Shown here: piece by piece, positions 1 to 10,750 of the stretch
Position numbering within the stretch: position 1 is the first letter of the stretch
Layout: every line of letters begins with the position of its first letter
NCBI RefSeq assembly: GCF_013365475.1
Contig: NZ_CP046579.1
Span: 360,001 to 392,000 of the forward strand
DNA: 32,000 nucleotides
Source of the DNA: Candidatus Saccharimonadota bacterium
Lineage (GTDB): Bacteria; Pseudomonadota; Alphaproteobacteria; Rickettsiales; Anaplasmataceae
Reading direction: 5' to 3'
Notes under the pieces: model-generated
Databases searched by the model: none
What the model was told of the DNA's origin: nothing
Seen by the model: the letters and a program-made list of their open reading frames with translations, nothing else
Made by a program: the position numbers and the translations under genes

Positions 1-149
1 GTATTAAGGAACATATCTCATTTTTAGAAATAGATTATGATAAAGTAAGTAAAATTAGGGGTATGGATATAAATATTATAACAACTGCAACTAGTGATGA
101 GGAGGCAAAACAGTTATTACTAGCTTTCAGATTCCCTTTTTTTGATTAG
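1..149 (+). CDS. rplE: 50S ribosomal protein L5, C-terminal fragment (gene begins upstream of the window)
   Basis: Frame 3 reads [48 protein letters not shown] and stops at TAG 147-149. This fits the conserved L5 C-terminus (IDYDK..RGMDI.I.TTA..DEEA..LL..F.FPF). It lies directly upstream of rpsN, as in the spc operon. Confidence 0.85.
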   Translation, partial: IKEHISFLEIDYDKVSKIRGMDINIITTATSDEEAKQLLLAFRFPFFD

Positions 150-163
150 TTGAAAGGATATAT

Positions 164-472
164 ATGGCGAAAAAATCTATAATACAGAGAAACCTTCGTA
201 GGATAAAATTATATAATCAGTATAGTGAAAAAAGAAATAAGCTAAAATCTATAATAAATAATAAGAATATACCTATTAGTGAGAGGTTTGCTGCTCAAAA
301 TAAGCTGATTAAGGAGTTGCCTAGAGATTCTTCTAAGGTCAGGATTAGAAATAGGTGCGTTTTAACTGGTAGGCCAAGGGGAGTGTACAGGAAATTTGGT
401 TTGTGTAGGATTGTTTTGCGTAATTTATGTGCTTTTGGGAAAATTCCTGGGGTTACAAAGTCTAGTTGGTGA
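164..472 (+). CDS. rpsN: 30S ribosomal protein S14
   Basis: 102 aa. The C-terminal [27 protein letters not shown]...SSW is typical of long-form S14. It sits between L5 and S8. Confidence 0.95.
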   Translation: MAKKSIIQRNLRRIKLYNQYSEKRNKLKSIINNKNIPISERFAAQNKLIKELPRDSSKVRIRNRCVLTGRPRGVYRKFGLCRIVLRNLCAFGKIPGVTKSSW

Positions 473-499
473 GTATAATAAAGTAGGAGGTGTCTTCAG

Positions 500-892
500 A
501 TGTTATCTGACAGTATTGGCGATTTTTTAACAAGAATACGTAATGCTCAATTAGCAATGCATAGGGTAACAAGAGTTTTGTTCTCTAAAGTCAATTCTTC
601 TATGCTAAAGATCTTGAAAGACGAAGGATATATTTTTGATTACCAGAAAGAAGTAATGGGTAATGTGCCGTTTTTCGTTATAAGGTTAAAATATCATGAA
701 AAGTTGCCTGTAATTAATGATATAGTTAGAGTATCAAAGCCTGGTTGTCGTCGTTATCTTAAGTGCAAGGATATTACTAAAGCTTATAATGGGCTTGGTA
801 TTTTTATTGTATCTACGTCTAAAGGGATAATGACAGACTACAATGCACGTAAATTAAAGGTTGGCGGAGAAATTTTGTGCTGTGTATTTTAA
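500..892 (+). CDS. rpsH: 30S ribosomal protein S8
   Basis: 130 aa with the N-terminal [14 protein letters not shown] motif. A Shine-Dalgarno AGGAGG lies at 485-490, 9 nt before the ATG. Confidence 0.95.
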   Translation: MLSDSIGDFLTRIRNAQLAMHRVTRVLFSKVNSSMLKILKDEGYIFDYQKEVMGNVPFFVIRLKYHEKLPVINDIVRVSKPGCRRYLKCKDITKAYNGLGIFIVSTSKGIMTDYNARKLKVGGEILCCVF

Positions 893-909
893 AATAATGG
901 GAAAAGGTT

Positions 910-1455
910 ATGTCTCGTATAGGTGCTGCACCTATCGATATTCCTGCTGGTATCTCAGTTGAGTGTAGTAATGGCAAGATATTGATAAAAAGTGCTAAAG
1001 CAGAAAAAGAACTTATGTTAGATAGAAATATTATATGTTGTGTTGTTGATAATCGGTTGCTGCTTTCTATTGATAAGTGTAAAAGCAATTTGAGCAAAAT
1101 GAAGCCTTTGTGGGGCACTTACAGAAGCAATATTAGCAATATTATCAGTGGTATGATTAACGATTTTTCTGTTGATCTTGAGGTTAATGGTGTAGGATAT
1201 AAAGCAGAGTGTGATGGTGAATATTTGACTTTATATCTTGGTTATAGCCATAATATTAAATATAAGGTGCCTAAGGGCGTTAAAATTAAGTGTATCAAAC
1301 CAATTCACTTAATAGTTAGTGGTATGGATAAGCAGAAAGTTTATATGACAGCATCTGATATATGCAAAATTAGAAAGTATGACCCTTATAAAGGTAAGGG
1401 TATCATGATAAGAGGAAGATTTGTGTTACGTAAAGTTATAAGTAAAAAGAATTAA
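910..1455 (+). CDS. rplF: 50S ribosomal protein L6
   Basis: 181 aa. The MSRIGAAPIDIPAGISV N-terminus and the YKGKGI motif near the C-terminus fit L6. Operon position is S8-L6-L18. Confidence 0.95.
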   Translation: MSRIGAAPIDIPAGISVECSNGKILIKSAKAEKELMLDRNIICCVVDNRLLLSIDKCKSNLSKMKPLWGTYRSNISNIISGMINDFSVDLEVNGVGYKAECDGEYLTLYLGYSHNIKYKVPKGVKIKCIKPIHLIVSGMDKQKVYMTASDICKIRKYDPYKGKGIMIRGRFVLRKVISKKN

Positions 1456-1460
1456 TTAAA

Positions 1461-1835
1461 ATGAGGAGATTGTATAATTTTTTGAATAATCTTGAAAAGA
1501 GGAAGTTGCGTAATAGAAAGAAACTCAGTAATGGTGATAGGAAATATTTACGTATATCTGTATTTAAGTCTAATAAACATTTTTATGCTCAACTAATCAA
1601 TGATGAAAAAGGAATAACTCTTATTTCTGCTTCTACTTTAGATGCTAAAATTAGGGATTCATGTAAGTGTAGGGTCAACGCTGAGGCTATAAAAAAAGTT
1701 TCTTCTTTAATGATTGAGCGTCTATCTAATATGAAGTTAGAACAAAAATTAGTATTTGACCGGGGAGCATATAAGTATACAGGATTAATTTCTCAATTTG
1801 CTGAAGCTTTGAGAAGTTCTGGGTTTAAGTTTTGA
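1461..1835 (+). CDS. rplR: 50S ribosomal protein L18
   Basis: 124 aa. [32 protein letters not shown] matches the L18 core (RL.VFRSNKHIYAQ.ID). The gene position also fits. Confidence 0.93.
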   Translation: MRRLYNFLNNLEKRKLRNRKKLSNGDRKYLRISVFKSNKHFYAQLINDEKGITLISASTLDAKIRDSCKCRVNAEAIKKVSSLMIERLSNMKLEQKLVFDRGAYKYTGLISQFAEALRSSGFKF

Positions 1836-1854
1836 AAATTTTGGGGCGCCTGTT

Positions 1855-2361
1855 ATGAAGAATTCACAAGATAGTAGTGATTTATCAGAACTTTTAGTTT
1901 CAGTGCGAAGGGTATCTACAGTCACAAAAGGTGGTAGGAGGTTTTCATTTTCAATTCTTGTTGTTGTTGGAGATGAGAAGGGTAGAGTAGGATGTGGCAT
2001 GGGCAAACATGCAGAAGTTGCTGAAGCAAGAGTAAAAGCTGTAAATGCTGCTAAAAAATCAATGACTAGAGTATACTTACGTGAAGGTAGAACTTTACAT
2101 CATGATATTAAAGCTAAGTTTTGCTCTGGTGAGATAGTTTTAAGAGCTGCTAGAGCTGGCACTGGCATTATTGCTGGTGGAGCAATTAGATCAGTTTTTG
2201 AAGTACTAGGCATAAAAGACGTAGTAGCTAAGTCTACGAGATCAAACAATCCTCATAATGTTATATGCGCAGTATTTGAGGCTTTTGATAATATGTTATC
2301 TCCTCGTCAAGTTGCTAATAAAAGAGGTAAAAAGATTAGCGAGATAATTGGAAATAGGTAA
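1855..2361 (+). CDS. rpsE: 30S ribosomal protein S5
   Basis: 168 aa with the S5 signature [41 protein letters not shown]. Confidence 0.95.
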   Translation: MKNSQDSSDLSELLVSVRRVSTVTKGGRRFSFSILVVVGDEKGRVGCGMGKHAEVAEARVKAVNAAKKSMTRVYLREGRTLHHDIKAKFCSGEIVLRAARAGTGIIAGGAIRSVFEVLGIKDVVAKSTRSNNPHNVICAVFEAFDNMLSPRQVANKRGKKISEIIGNR

Positions 2362-2364
2362 AAT

Positions 2365-2835
2365 ATGAATAGTACTATAAAGTTAAACTCTGTATTTGAT
2401 AAGTTATCAAAAAAGAAAAAATCTAAGTTGCTAGGTAGAGGTATTGGTTGTGGCAAAGGGAAAACATCTGGTAGGGGACATAAAGGCCAGAAGGCTAGAA
2501 GCGGTGTTTCTATAAATGGGTTTGAAGGAGGGCAACAATCTATATATACTCGTTTACCTAAAAGAGGTTTTAATCCTATATATAAGAACATATGTTCAGT
2601 AATTAATGTTGGAGATGTGCAACGTCTAATAGAAGCTAAAAAAATAGTAAAAGGGTCCATTATAGATAAAAAAATGCTATGTAAATTAGGTTTTATAAAG
2701 TCTGTTAATGGCAAAATCAAGCTTCTTAATAAAGGTGAATTGAGTGAGAAATGTATATTTTATGTTGATTTTGTATCAAAAGCTGCAAAAAAATCTGTAG
2801 TCTTAGTTGGTGGTAGTGTAGAAGTACTATCATAA
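2365..2835 (+). CDS. rplO: 50S ribosomal protein L15
   Basis: 156 aa with the L15 motif GRGIGCGKGKTSGRGHKGQKARSG. It follows rpsE directly with no L30 gene between them. Confidence 0.95.
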   Translation: MNSTIKLNSVFDKLSKKKKSKLLGRGIGCGKGKTSGRGHKGQKARSGVSINGFEGGQQSIYTRLPKRGFNPIYKNICSVINVGDVQRLIEAKKIVKGSIIDKKMLCKLGFIKSVNGKIKLLNKGELSEKCIFYVDFVSKAAKKSVVLVGGSVEVLS

Positions 2836-2838
2836 ACA

Positions 2839-4167
2839 ATGAGTAACAAACCTACATTTAATAATTTGGATCCTTCCTTATTGTATAAAGGTGATTTATT
2901 TAAGCGTATACTTTTTACTCTAATTGCTTTAATTTGTTATCGTTTAGGTACTTATGTTCCTATTCCTGGAATAAATCTTGATATAATTAGTGATATATTT
3001 CCTAAAGGAGGCTCTGGTGTTTTCGGGATCTTTAATTTGTTTTCTGGTGGTGCATTAGCTAGAATGACAATCTTAGCACTAAGTGTTATGCCATATATAG
3101 TTGCATCTATAGTCATGCAATTACTATCTTCTGCTATTAAAGGAATTAGTGAAGTTAAAAATGATGGGGAATTGGGACGTCGGAAGATGAGCTCTTACAC
3201 GTATTATATGACTGTAGTATTTTGTGTGTTTCAATCAGTTACTATTTTAATAGGATTAGAAAGGATGAATAGAGGAGGAACACTGGTTGTGATTGAACCT
3301 GGTTTTATGTTTCGTATAGTAGGAGCTTTTAGCCTTTTAGGTGGGACAATATTTTTAATATGGCTTGGCGAGCAAATAAGTGCTAATGGTGTAGGTAATG
3401 GTATTTCATTGATTATTTTTACAGGTATAATATCAGAATTGCATAGTGCTTTTTCATCATTGTTAACGTTGAGTAAAGATGGGAGCATATCACCACTTGT
3501 TATCTTTTTTATTTTAATAGTCTTTTTCCTGCTATTGCTTTTGGTTATTTTTATAGAATCATCTTATAGAAAAGTTGTTGTTCAATATCCTAGAAAGCAG
3601 TTTAAAAAATTACATAATGACGATTTTACTTATATACCACTAAAGATTAACTTATCTGGTGTAATACCAACTATTTTTGCAAATGCAATTTTATTGACTC
3701 CTATTTCGATTGCGAATTTCTATAAAGGATATGTTTTTTCTGATTTCATTTTAAGCCACTTCATAGCAAATAAAGTGGTCTATATTATAGCTTACTTAAT
3801 ACTTATAGTATTTTTCAATTTTTTCTATACTAGTTTCATATTTAATCCAGAAGAAAATGCTGATTTCCTTAAAAGGAATGGAGGATTTATACCTGGTAGG
3901 AGGCCTGGAAAGCATACTTCTGATTATCTTCAAGAAATAGTTTTAAAGTTAACGTTTGTTGGTTCTGTATACTTGATGGTTATATGTGCTGTACCTGAGA
4001 TTATAAGGTACTATTATAATGTGCCATTTATTTTTGGTGGAACAAGCTTATTGATTATAGTTAATGTTGTTACTGATACTATTATACAAATACAATCTTA
4101 TATTTTTTCGAATAGGTATGATAGCTGGATAAAGAAATATGAGTCTAGGACGAGAAAATTGAGATGA
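2839..4167 (+). CDS. secY: preprotein translocase subunit SecY
   Basis: 442 aa and polytopic. Motifs include [53 protein letters not shown] and [11 protein letters not shown]. Confidence 0.96.
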   Translation: MSNKPTFNNLDPSLLYKGDLFKRILFTLIALICYRLGTYVPIPGINLDIISDIFPKGGSGVFGIFNLFSGGALARMTILALSVMPYIVASIVMQLLSSAIKGISEVKNDGELGRRKMSSYTYYMTVVFCVFQSVTILIGLERMNRGGTLVVIEPGFMFRIVGAFSLLGGTIFLIWLGEQISANGVGNGISLIIFTGIISELHSAFSSLLTLSKDGSISPLVIFFILIVFFLLLLLVIFIESSYRKVVVQYPRKQFKKLHNDDFTYIPLKINLSGVIPTIFANAILLTPISIANFYKGYVFSDFILSHFIANKVVYIIAYLILIVFFNFFYTSFIFNPEENADFLKRNGGFIPGRRPGKHTSDYLQEIVLKLTFVGSVYLMVICAVPEIIRYYYNVPFIFGGTSLLIIVNVVTDTIIQIQSYIFSNRYDSWIKKYESRTRKLR

Positions 4168-4814
4168 TTATTACAATTTTTGGTCTTCCTGGTTCTGGTA
4201 AAGGTACTCAGTCAAACCTTTTAACAGAAAAATACAGTCTAAAGTTAGTTTCAGTAGGAGATTTATTGAGGAATATTATATCTAGTAACAGCAAGTTAGC
4301 TAGAGAAGTAAAAAGTGCTATAGAGTCTGGTAATTTGATTCGCGATGAAATTGTATGTAAATTACTATATGAACAACTTAAATCAGTGGATAATAATTTT
4401 TTATTAGATGGTTTTCCAAGAAATCTAAATCAAGCTCATTTCTTAACTCAAATTTTACAAGAGAAATATAATAGAGACGTGAGTATTGCTATTGAATTGG
4501 AAATTAATCATAGAGTTGCAGTTGATAGATTAAAAAATCGTCTTGTATGTTTAGATTGTAAGAGCATATATAGTGTATCCTCTTTTAAGAAAAGAGATAA
4601 TCTTGTTTGTGCAAAATGTAATAGCACAAGCTTAAAAAGAAGAATTGATGATTCTAGCTCATCTGTAATTAATAAAAGAATAAGTGAATATTATGTGCAA
4701 ATGAAAAGTTTACGTGAGTATTATAAAGATAGGTTATTAATGGTTAATGCTAATCTTGATATTACTCAAGTAAAACAAGACATAGAAAACAAAATTTCTT
4801 GCAATTTAGTTTGA
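4164..4814 (+). CDS. adk: adenylate kinase (Cys4 lid type)
   Basis: 216 aa with P-loop [10 protein letters not shown], the LLDGFPRN motif and lid cysteines CLDC...CAKC. ATGA start/stop overlap with secY. Confidence 0.93.
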   Translation: MIITIFGLPGSGKGTQSNLLTEKYSLKLVSVGDLLRNIISSNSKLAREVKSAIESGNLIRDEIVCKLLYEQLKSVDNNFLLDGFPRNLNQAHFLTQILQEKYNRDVSIAIELEINHRVAVDRLKNRLVCLDCKSIYSVSSFKKRDNLVCAKCNSTSLKRRIDDSSSSVINKRISEYYVQMKSLREYYKDRLLMVNANLDITQVKQDIENKISCNLV

Positions 4815-4868
4815 TTAAAGATTATTATATAGTACAATTAAAAATTATTATTTGAAGTATAGAGTTGA

Positions 4869-5237
4869 GTGGCACGCATTGCAGGTGTAAATATTCCAGT
4901 CAGGAAATGTGTTCCTTTTGCGCTAACTTATATATATGGTATAGGTATTGCTACTGCGGATGCAATTTGCTATGCTTGTAAAATTGATAAGGGTAAACGT
5001 ATTTCAGAGTTACAAGCCAGAGAAGTAGAAAGGATCAGTAATTTTATTAGACAAAATTATACTATAGAAGGTGAACTTAGGAAAGAATTAGCTATGAGTA
5101 TAAAGTCTTTAATAGAAATAGGGTGCTACAAAGGTGTAAGGCACAGAAAGGGATTACCTGTAAGAGGGCAAAGAACTCATACCAATGCTAAAACCTGTAA
5201 AAGTAAGTCTCGCTTGTCTATTGCTGAGAAAAGGTAA
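4869..5237 (+). CDS. rpsM: 30S ribosomal protein S13 (GTG start)
   Basis: 122 aa with MARIAGVNIP, YIYGIG and GLPVRGQRTHTNA. Confidence 0.95.
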   Translation: MARIAGVNIPVRKCVPFALTYIYGIGIATADAICYACKIDKGKRISELQAREVERISNFIRQNYTIEGELRKELAMSIKSLIEIGCYKGVRHRKGLPVRGQRTHTNAKTCKSKSRLSIAEKR

Positions 5238-5255
5238 GTTTGTTGCTATCGATTT

Positions 5256-5642
5256 ATGAAAAAAACTGGAACAATTGCTAAAAACGCAAAGAGGGTTATT
5301 ACTGGAGTCATTTATATTCGTGCAACTTTTAATAATACTTTTATAAATGTAACTGATGTTCAAGGTAATACTCTATATCAAACTTCTGTTGGTGCACATG
5401 GTTTTTCGGGTTCAAGGAAATCTACACCTTATGCTGCAGGTAAGACTTCAGAGTTTGCTGCAAAGATTGCAGTAGAAAAGTTTGGTATGAAAGTTGTTTC
5501 TGTGGTAATACGTGGTCCTGGCTTCGGAGCTGAAGCTGCAGTTAAGGCACTCCAAAGCTATGGATTAACAGTAACTTCAATTGCAGATAAAACTGCAGTT
5601 CCTCATAATGGATGTAGGTTAAGGAAAAAAAGAAGAGTCTAG
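5256..5642 (+). CDS. rpsK: 30S ribosomal protein S11
   Basis: 128 aa with [25 protein letters not shown] and [13 protein letters not shown]. Confidence 0.95.
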   Translation: MKKTGTIAKNAKRVITGVIYIRATFNNTFINVTDVQGNTLYQTSVGAHGFSGSRKSTPYAAGKTSEFAAKIAVEKFGMKVVSVVIRGPGFGAEAAVKALQSYGLTVTSIADKTAVPHNGCRLRKKRRV

Positions 5643-5663
5643 AGTATTTTAAAAGGTTATTTT

Positions 5664-6731
5664 ATGTATCACAATGATAATGTTGCTGCTTTTGGTAATT
5701 TAGGTAAATTAACCAGGCCTAATTCTATTAAAGTGTTACCAGGTGATTCAAATAAAAAAGGTGATATAATATTAGAACCATTAGAGAGTGGTTTTGCTTT
5801 AACGCTTGGTAATGCATTAAGGCGTGTAATGCTATCTTCTCTTGTAGGTAACGCTGTTTATGGGATAAAAATTGAAGGTGTAACTCATGAATTTACTTCA
5901 ATTTATGGAGTAAGAGAAGATGTAACTGATATAGTATTGAATGTGAGTATGTTGAGGTGTAAATTGAATGGTACCTCCAATAAATGCTTGTATTTAAATG
6001 CTAAGGGGCCTTGTCAGGTAATGGCTGGGATGGTGGAAACTGATGATCAGTGTTCTATTATTAATGAGGATCTGCTAATATGTACACTTGGGCAGAATGT
6101 AGAGCTCAATATGACTATATATGTAGCTAGTGGCAAGGGTTACCTTCCTGTTACTAAATATAAAGAAAACGAGCTTTTGAAGTTTATTAGCGAACGTGAT
6201 CTGAAGGGATTCATTCCAGTTAATGCTTTATATAGCCCTATTAGCAGGGTTTCGTATAAAGCAGAGAATAGTCGTGTTGGTCAGGTTACTGATAAGGACA
6301 AGCTAATATTATCAATTGAAACTGACGGTACAATTTCTCCAAGTCAAGCTGTCGATTATGCTGCAAGGATACTACAAGAACAACTACAGCCTTTTATTAA
6401 CTCTGATGTAAGTCATAAAAAGCTGCAGGTTTCTTCATCTAGCAGTTATAAGGATTTGGGTTATGATCCTATTCTATTACGTAAAGTAGATGAAATGGAG
6501 TTGTCTGTGAGGTCACACAATTGCTTAAAAAATGAAAATGTCACTTATATAGGGGACCTTGTTCAGAGAACAGAGAGTGAAATGTTAAGAACTGCTAACT
6601 TTGGGAGGAAGTCTTTAAATGAGATTAAGGCTGTTTTAAATAATTTTGGTTTATCTTTAGGTATGGATATTCCAAACTGGCCTCCTAAAAATATAGATGA
6701 ATTAGCTAAACAACATACTGATGAAGATTAG
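5664..6731 (+). CDS. rpoA: DNA-directed RNA polymerase alpha subunit
   Basis: 355 aa. N-terminal domain has [25 protein letters not shown]-terminal domain has [44 protein letters not shown]. Confidence 0.96.
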   Translation: MYHNDNVAAFGNLGKLTRPNSIKVLPGDSNKKGDIILEPLESGFALTLGNALRRVMLSSLVGNAVYGIKIEGVTHEFTSIYGVREDVTDIVLNVSMLRCKLNGTSNKCLYLNAKGPCQVMAGMVETDDQCSIINEDLLICTLGQNVELNMTIYVASGKGYLPVTKYKENELLKFISERDLKGFIPVNALYSPISRVSYKAENSRVGQVTDKDKLILSIETDGTISPSQAVDYAARILQEQLQPFINSDVSHKKLQVSSSSSYKDLGYDPILLRKVDEMELSVRSHNCLKNENVTYIGDLVQRTESEMLRTANFGRKSLNEIKAVLNNFGLSLGMDIPNWPPKNIDELAKQHTDED

Positions 6732-6737
6732 GGATAT

Positions 6738-7172
6738 ATGAAACATAGAGTAAAAAAGCGTAAACTATCTCGTAGAAGCAAGCATAGGTTATCAATGTTG
6801 AAGAACATGTCTATTTCTCTAATTAACCACGAGCAAATCATAACTACTTTATCAAAAGCTAAAGAACTTCGTTCATATGTAGAAAAGTTTATTACAATTG
6901 CTAAAAATAAAAATACTTTGCATGGCAGAAGACTCTTACTTTCACGTCTTTATAATAATAAGTTAGCAGTTAATAAGTTGTTAGCTATTTTAGCTATCCG
7001 TTATCAAAATCGTGCAGGTGGATATTCTAGGATAATAAAATTCAACATTCGGAAGGGTGATTGTTCTGCAATGGCAGTAATAGAATTAGTCGATAGGGAT
7101 ATTACAGTAAAAGATCACGTTAATGATGCAAGCAAAAAAGAAAATAAAGTAGCTGCAAAAGTTGATTACTGA
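6738..7172 (+). CDS. rplQ: 50S ribosomal protein L17
   Basis: 144 aa with the MKHRVKKRKLSRRSKHR N-terminus, an I.TT..KAKELR motif and GGYSRI. It is the last gene of the alpha operon. Confidence 0.94.
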   Translation: MKHRVKKRKLSRRSKHRLSMLKNMSISLINHEQIITTLSKAKELRSYVEKFITIAKNKNTLHGRRLLLSRLYNNKLAVNKLLAILAIRYQNRAGGYSRIIKFNIRKGDCSAMAVIELVDRDITVKDHVNDASKKENKVAAKVDY

Positions 7173-7269
7173 GTTATCCTTTTTAATTCTTAATTGTTCA
7201 AGTAAGTACGATATAGTTGGTTTTTATTTAATCTTTTATTATGAATTATAATAGTTATAGATTTCGCTA

Positions 7270-8301
7270 ATGAAAAATAATGTTTTGTGGAACTTTTTTT
7301 TGATTTTTATATTTGCAGTATTATTCATACCATCATCAAGTGTTAATGCAAGGAAATATATTAGAATTGTTGGATCTTCAACTGTTTTTCCTTTTATTTC
7401 ATTCATAGCTGAAGATTTTAGTCGTGTATTCTCTTTTAAAACTCCTGTTGTCGAGTCGATAGGAAGTGGACCTGGCTTTAAAATGTTTTGTTCAGGAATA
7501 GGGGAGAATACACCAGATATTACAGCTTCATCTCGTCCTATAAAAGATGTTGAGATGGAGTTATGCAAAAGAAATAAGGTTAATGGAGTAGTAGAGATTA
7601 TTATTGGGTATGATGGAGTTGTAATTGCAAATTCAAATCAAAGTTATAAGTTTGATTTCACAAAAAAAGATTTGTTTGAAACTTTATCTTCATATTCTCT
7701 GAAAGATGGTAAGCTAGTTAGGAATGATAAGAAGTCTTGGTTTGATATAAATCAGGCTTTACCAAAAATGGAAATTGAAATTTATGGTCCACATCAAAAT
7801 ACAGGTACATATAATACTCTAGTTAATTTTATCATGCTTGATCAATACTCATGTATGAATTCAAGAATTTTTAGAGAGAATTATAAGGATCCAGAAGAAA
7901 GGAAGAAGGCATGTAGTAGTATAAGAGAAGATGGAAGATATATAGAAGTTGGAAGTAATGAGAATATAATAATACAAAAATTAAAAAGTAATAGAAATGC
8001 TTTAGGAATATTTAGTTTTAGCTTTTTAGTGAGGAACCAGGATAAAATACAAGGGAGCACAATTGCAGGAATTGAACCAACTTATGAAAATATATCTTCT
8101 GGAAAATATATATTAGCAAGACCTCTATACATTTATATAAAAAAAGAGCACTTAAATACCACTGATGGATTAAGGGAATTCATTAAAGAAGTGATAAATT
8201 CAATTAGTACTGAAGATATGTATTTGTCTAAACTTGGTCTGATTCCTCTTTCAAATGAGGATATAGAGAAAGCTTTAGCGAAAGTTCACGATATAGTGTA
8301 A
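7270..8301 (+). CDS. pstS: PstS-family periplasmic phosphate-binding protein with signal peptide
   Basis: 343 aa with an N-terminal signal-like segment ending VNA. IRIVGSSTVFPF, GSGPGFKMFC and ITASSRPIK resemble PBP-like-2/PstS proteins. No pstCAB genes are adjacent. Confidence 0.8.
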   Translation: MKNNVLWNFFLIFIFAVLFIPSSSVNARKYIRIVGSSTVFPFISFIAEDFSRVFSFKTPVVESIGSGPGFKMFCSGIGENTPDITASSRPIKDVEMELCKRNKVNGVVEIIIGYDGVVIANSNQSYKFDFTKKDLFETLSSYSLKDGKLVRNDKKSWFDINQALPKMEIEIYGPHQNTGTYNTLVNFIMLDQYSCMNSRIFRENYKDPEERKKACSSIREDGRYIEVGSNENIIIQKLKSNRNALGIFSFSFLVRNQDKIQGSTIAGIEPTYENISSGKYILARPLYIYIKKEHLNTTDGLREFIKEVINSISTEDMYLSKLGLIPLSNEDIEKALAKVHDIV

Positions 8302-8568
8302 ATATCTTTTATTTTAGTAGTAGATTAGAAAGTAACCAACGTGGGAGTGAGTTGTTTTACATTTAATTATGTGTGTCGTCTATTCTTAGAATATTTTTCT
8401 ACCTTGTTGTTATCTTAAGAAGAGTTACACCTTCTGTTGCACTTGTAAATATCAAGCTATATGGCTCGTAAGAGAAATTTCTAGCTATTACCCTGTACAA
8501 CTCTATACAATTTCCCTATTGAGTAAATTATATGGAATATTAGTAATTTTTGCGATTACAATTATACT

Positions 8569-9102
8569 TTATTTTAGCTTAAAAAATGTGTATGATAATG
8601 TTATTTCACTTAAGTCTTTTGTACTGTTATTATGGACTATCTCAGGATCTATATAGAAGGCTACTGGCATAGCTGTCTTTTGTCCTGGTAATAGGACTTG
8701 CTCTTCAAAGCAAAAACATGCAACTTTATTGAAGTATTTACCTGCTTTAAAAGGTGTAACATTGTATACTGCCATTCCAAACGAAGGCTGGTCGGATAAA
8801 TTTTTTGCGTAATAAAAAGCTAGACTTTGTTCTCCTATATTTACATCAATATAGTTAGTTTCTGGTTTAAATTCCCATAATAAGTCTGGCATTATGTCAG
8901 CGTTAAGATGGACTCTGATTTTCTGGTTAGTTGTTTTTACTGTTGTGTTTATTGCTTTTTTTGTTGTTCCCCCGTATCCTGTAACTTTGCAGAAAGTGCT
9001 GTAAAGTGGTACTGATGCATACGTAACACAAAACATCAACACCACTAAAGATATTAGAAAGAAAACTATAGAACTTTTACTATTCTTCTTTAAGAAGAGC
9101 AC
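8569..9102 (-). CDS. ctaG: cytochrome c oxidase assembly protein CtaG/Cox11 (GTG start)
   Basis: 177 aa with an N-terminal TM helix, then VPLYSTFCKVTGYGGTT and FNKVACFCFEEQ, which are Cox11 copper-site motifs. Confidence 0.9.
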   Translation of the reverse strand: MLFLKKNSKSSIVFFLISLVVLMFCVTYASVPLYSTFCKVTGYGGTTKKAINTTVKTTNQKIRVHLNADIMPDLLWEFKPETNYIDVNIGEQSLAFYYAKNLSDQPSFGMAVYNVTPFKAGKYFNKVACFCFEEQVLLPGQKTAMPVAFYIDPEIVHNNSTKDLSEITLSYTFFKLK

Positions 9103-9824
9103 CTAGTCTCTATTATTAAATAAGTTAAATAACCTAAGTAAATTAAGGAAGATATTAATAAAGTCAAAATAAAGATTAGTCGCACCAAGTATAGCTAACT
9201 TGGTAGCTGCAACTTCTGAACCGTCATTATACCTATAATATACATCTTTAATTCTCTGAGCATCATATGCAGTTATTAATGTAAAAACTATCACTGATGT
9301 GAATGATATTGCAAAATGAAGAGGACTACTTTCAAGAAGTAAATTAACTATAGAAGCAATGATTATCCCCAGATTCCCATAGTTAGGAAAGAACCAATGC
9401 TAGTTAGGTCTTTTTTTGTAGTATTGCCGTATAAAGCCATAGAACCAAACATGACAGATGTAATAAAAAACGCCCTTGCTATGTTTTTTGCAGTGTAAAT
9501 TATAAAAATATGGGACAAGGAAAGCCCCATTAAAACTGAGAATAGGAAAAATATGGTAATTGTAGACTCAGCACTCAGATGCTGGAGTCTGAAAGACATA
9601 TAAAACACTAATACAACTGGAGAAAGCATTACTACAAGTGACAAAATTGGGTTAGAATAAATTAGCTTAAAAAGGCTAAAAAATACAGTCAAAAATGCGG
9701 TAAGACCAGTAATACCTAAAGCTAAAGCCATATAATTATATACTTTAGTTAAGTATCCCCTAAGGCCAGCGCTATAATAAATACCCTGAGAGCAAACATC
9801 ACGCTCATTTCTCATATAAGACAT
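9103..9824 (-). pseudogene. Bax inhibitor-1/YccA-family membrane protein split by a single-nucleotide frameshift
   Basis: ORF 9363-9824 carries the N-terminal TM helices and ends MGIWG*. ORF 9103-9294 carries the C-terminus TAYDAQRIK...LYFDFINIFLNLLRL. The downstream frame is open from 9369 (GIIIASIVNLLLESSPLHFAISFTSVIVFTL...), so the two parts join if 1 nt is added at the G4 run (plus-strand CCCC 9367-9370). Confidence 0.8.
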
Positions 9825-9896
9825 AAATACGACTCCTTTTTATTCCTAATTATTACTATAATGTAAAACTACATCTTTATCAAGTAAAAAATCACT

Positions 9897-10661
9897 TTAA
9901 TTATTTGTGTACTTTGTTTTGATATAAACGGAGTACAATCCTATCGCTGCTGCATTTGAAACATTCAAGCTGCCAATTGAACTGGAAATTGGAATTTTTA
10001 AAAGATGATCACAATTTTTCTTAACTAGCCTTCGCATTCCTTTCTCTTCAGAGCCAAAAACAATTACTCTTTTGCCACAAAAGCTTTTTATTTTATCTAT
10101 GTGTTCTTTAGCATTATTATCAAATCCATAACACCAGTAGCCAACCTTTTTTAAAAACTCCATAGTTTTTACTATATTTGTAACATATATTAATGGAATA
10201 ATATCTAAAGCTCCACTTGCTGTTTTTGCAATAGATGCATTCTCGCTTGGTGAATGGTTATGTGGTAAAACCAATGCATCAACATTAAAACAAGCTGATG
10301 TTCTTGAAATAGATCCTATATTATGTGTACAAGTAACTTGATCCAAAATAACTATGGTAGAAATGTTATTTGAGTTTTTAGCTATTTTTTCGATGTTTGT
10401 GCTGTGGAGAGGGGCAACTTTCAAAGCAATTCCTTGGTGATTAGCACCTTTTGGGAAAATATTGCCAAATATTTTATTTTCTACTAATTGGGTTTTGATG
10501 TCCTTATCACATATATATTGTCCGATTTCTTTTTTATGTTTTTTATAGAAGTGCTCTGTCATTAACAGTTCTGTACATTGCCTACTTTTATTTTTTAGTG
10601 CTGACATACAGGTGTACTTTCCATATAGCCAAAAATCTTTATTACATTTTAATGATTTCAT
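9897..10661 (-). CDS. rlmB: TrmH/SpoU-family RNA 2'-O-methyltransferase (RlmB-like, group 3)
   Basis: SpoU motifs ILDQVTCTHNIGSISRTSACFNVDALVLP, VIVFGSEEKGMR and LNVSNAAAIGLY. Start placed at Met27 (MKSLKCNKDFWLYG). The ORF-track extension to 10739 is Leu/Tyr-rich, looks non-coding and would crowd the divergent smr gene. The symbol is tentative. Confidence 0.8.
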   Translation of the reverse strand: MKSLKCNKDFWLYGKYTCMSALKNKSRQCTELLMTEHFYKKHKKEIGQYICDKDIKTQLVENKIFGNIFPKGANHQGIALKVAPLHSTNIEKIAKNSNNISTIVILDQVTCTHNIGSISRTSACFNVDALVLPHNHSPSENASIAKTASGALDIIPLIYVTNIVKTMEFLKKVGYWCYGFDNNAKEHIDKIKSFCGKRVIVFGSEEKGMRRLVKKNCDHLLKIPISSSIGSLNVSNAAAIGLYSVYIKTKYTNN

Positions 10662-10750
10662 TGTGTCAGAAGGTCCTATTTTATAAAATAAATAACATTT
10701 TAGTATGCTTAGATATTTTTGTAAAATCAGGAGGTTCAATTAGTGGGTTT

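Noticed and set aside
819-1118. Antisense shadow ORFs inside well-supported genes: 819-1118, 1785-2006, 2307-2720, 3231-3488, 5154-5363, 7239-7568, 17932-18213, 19910-20107, 20216-20476, 23259-23496, 24125-24325, 25581-25814, 25914-26111, 27627-27881, 29322-29603, 29907-30098 and 31280-31540
   Set aside because: Each is fully or largely embedded opposite a conserved housekeeping gene. Their composition is low-complexity or Ser/Leu/Ile-rich with no recognisable motifs. They are typical chance ORFs.
1855-5642. Absence of rpmD (L30) between rpsE and rplO, of infA/rpmJ between adk and rpsM, and of rpsD after rpsK
   Set aside because: As far as I know this is the normal operon layout in Rickettsiales and many alphaproteobacteria. 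It is not a deletion specific to this window.
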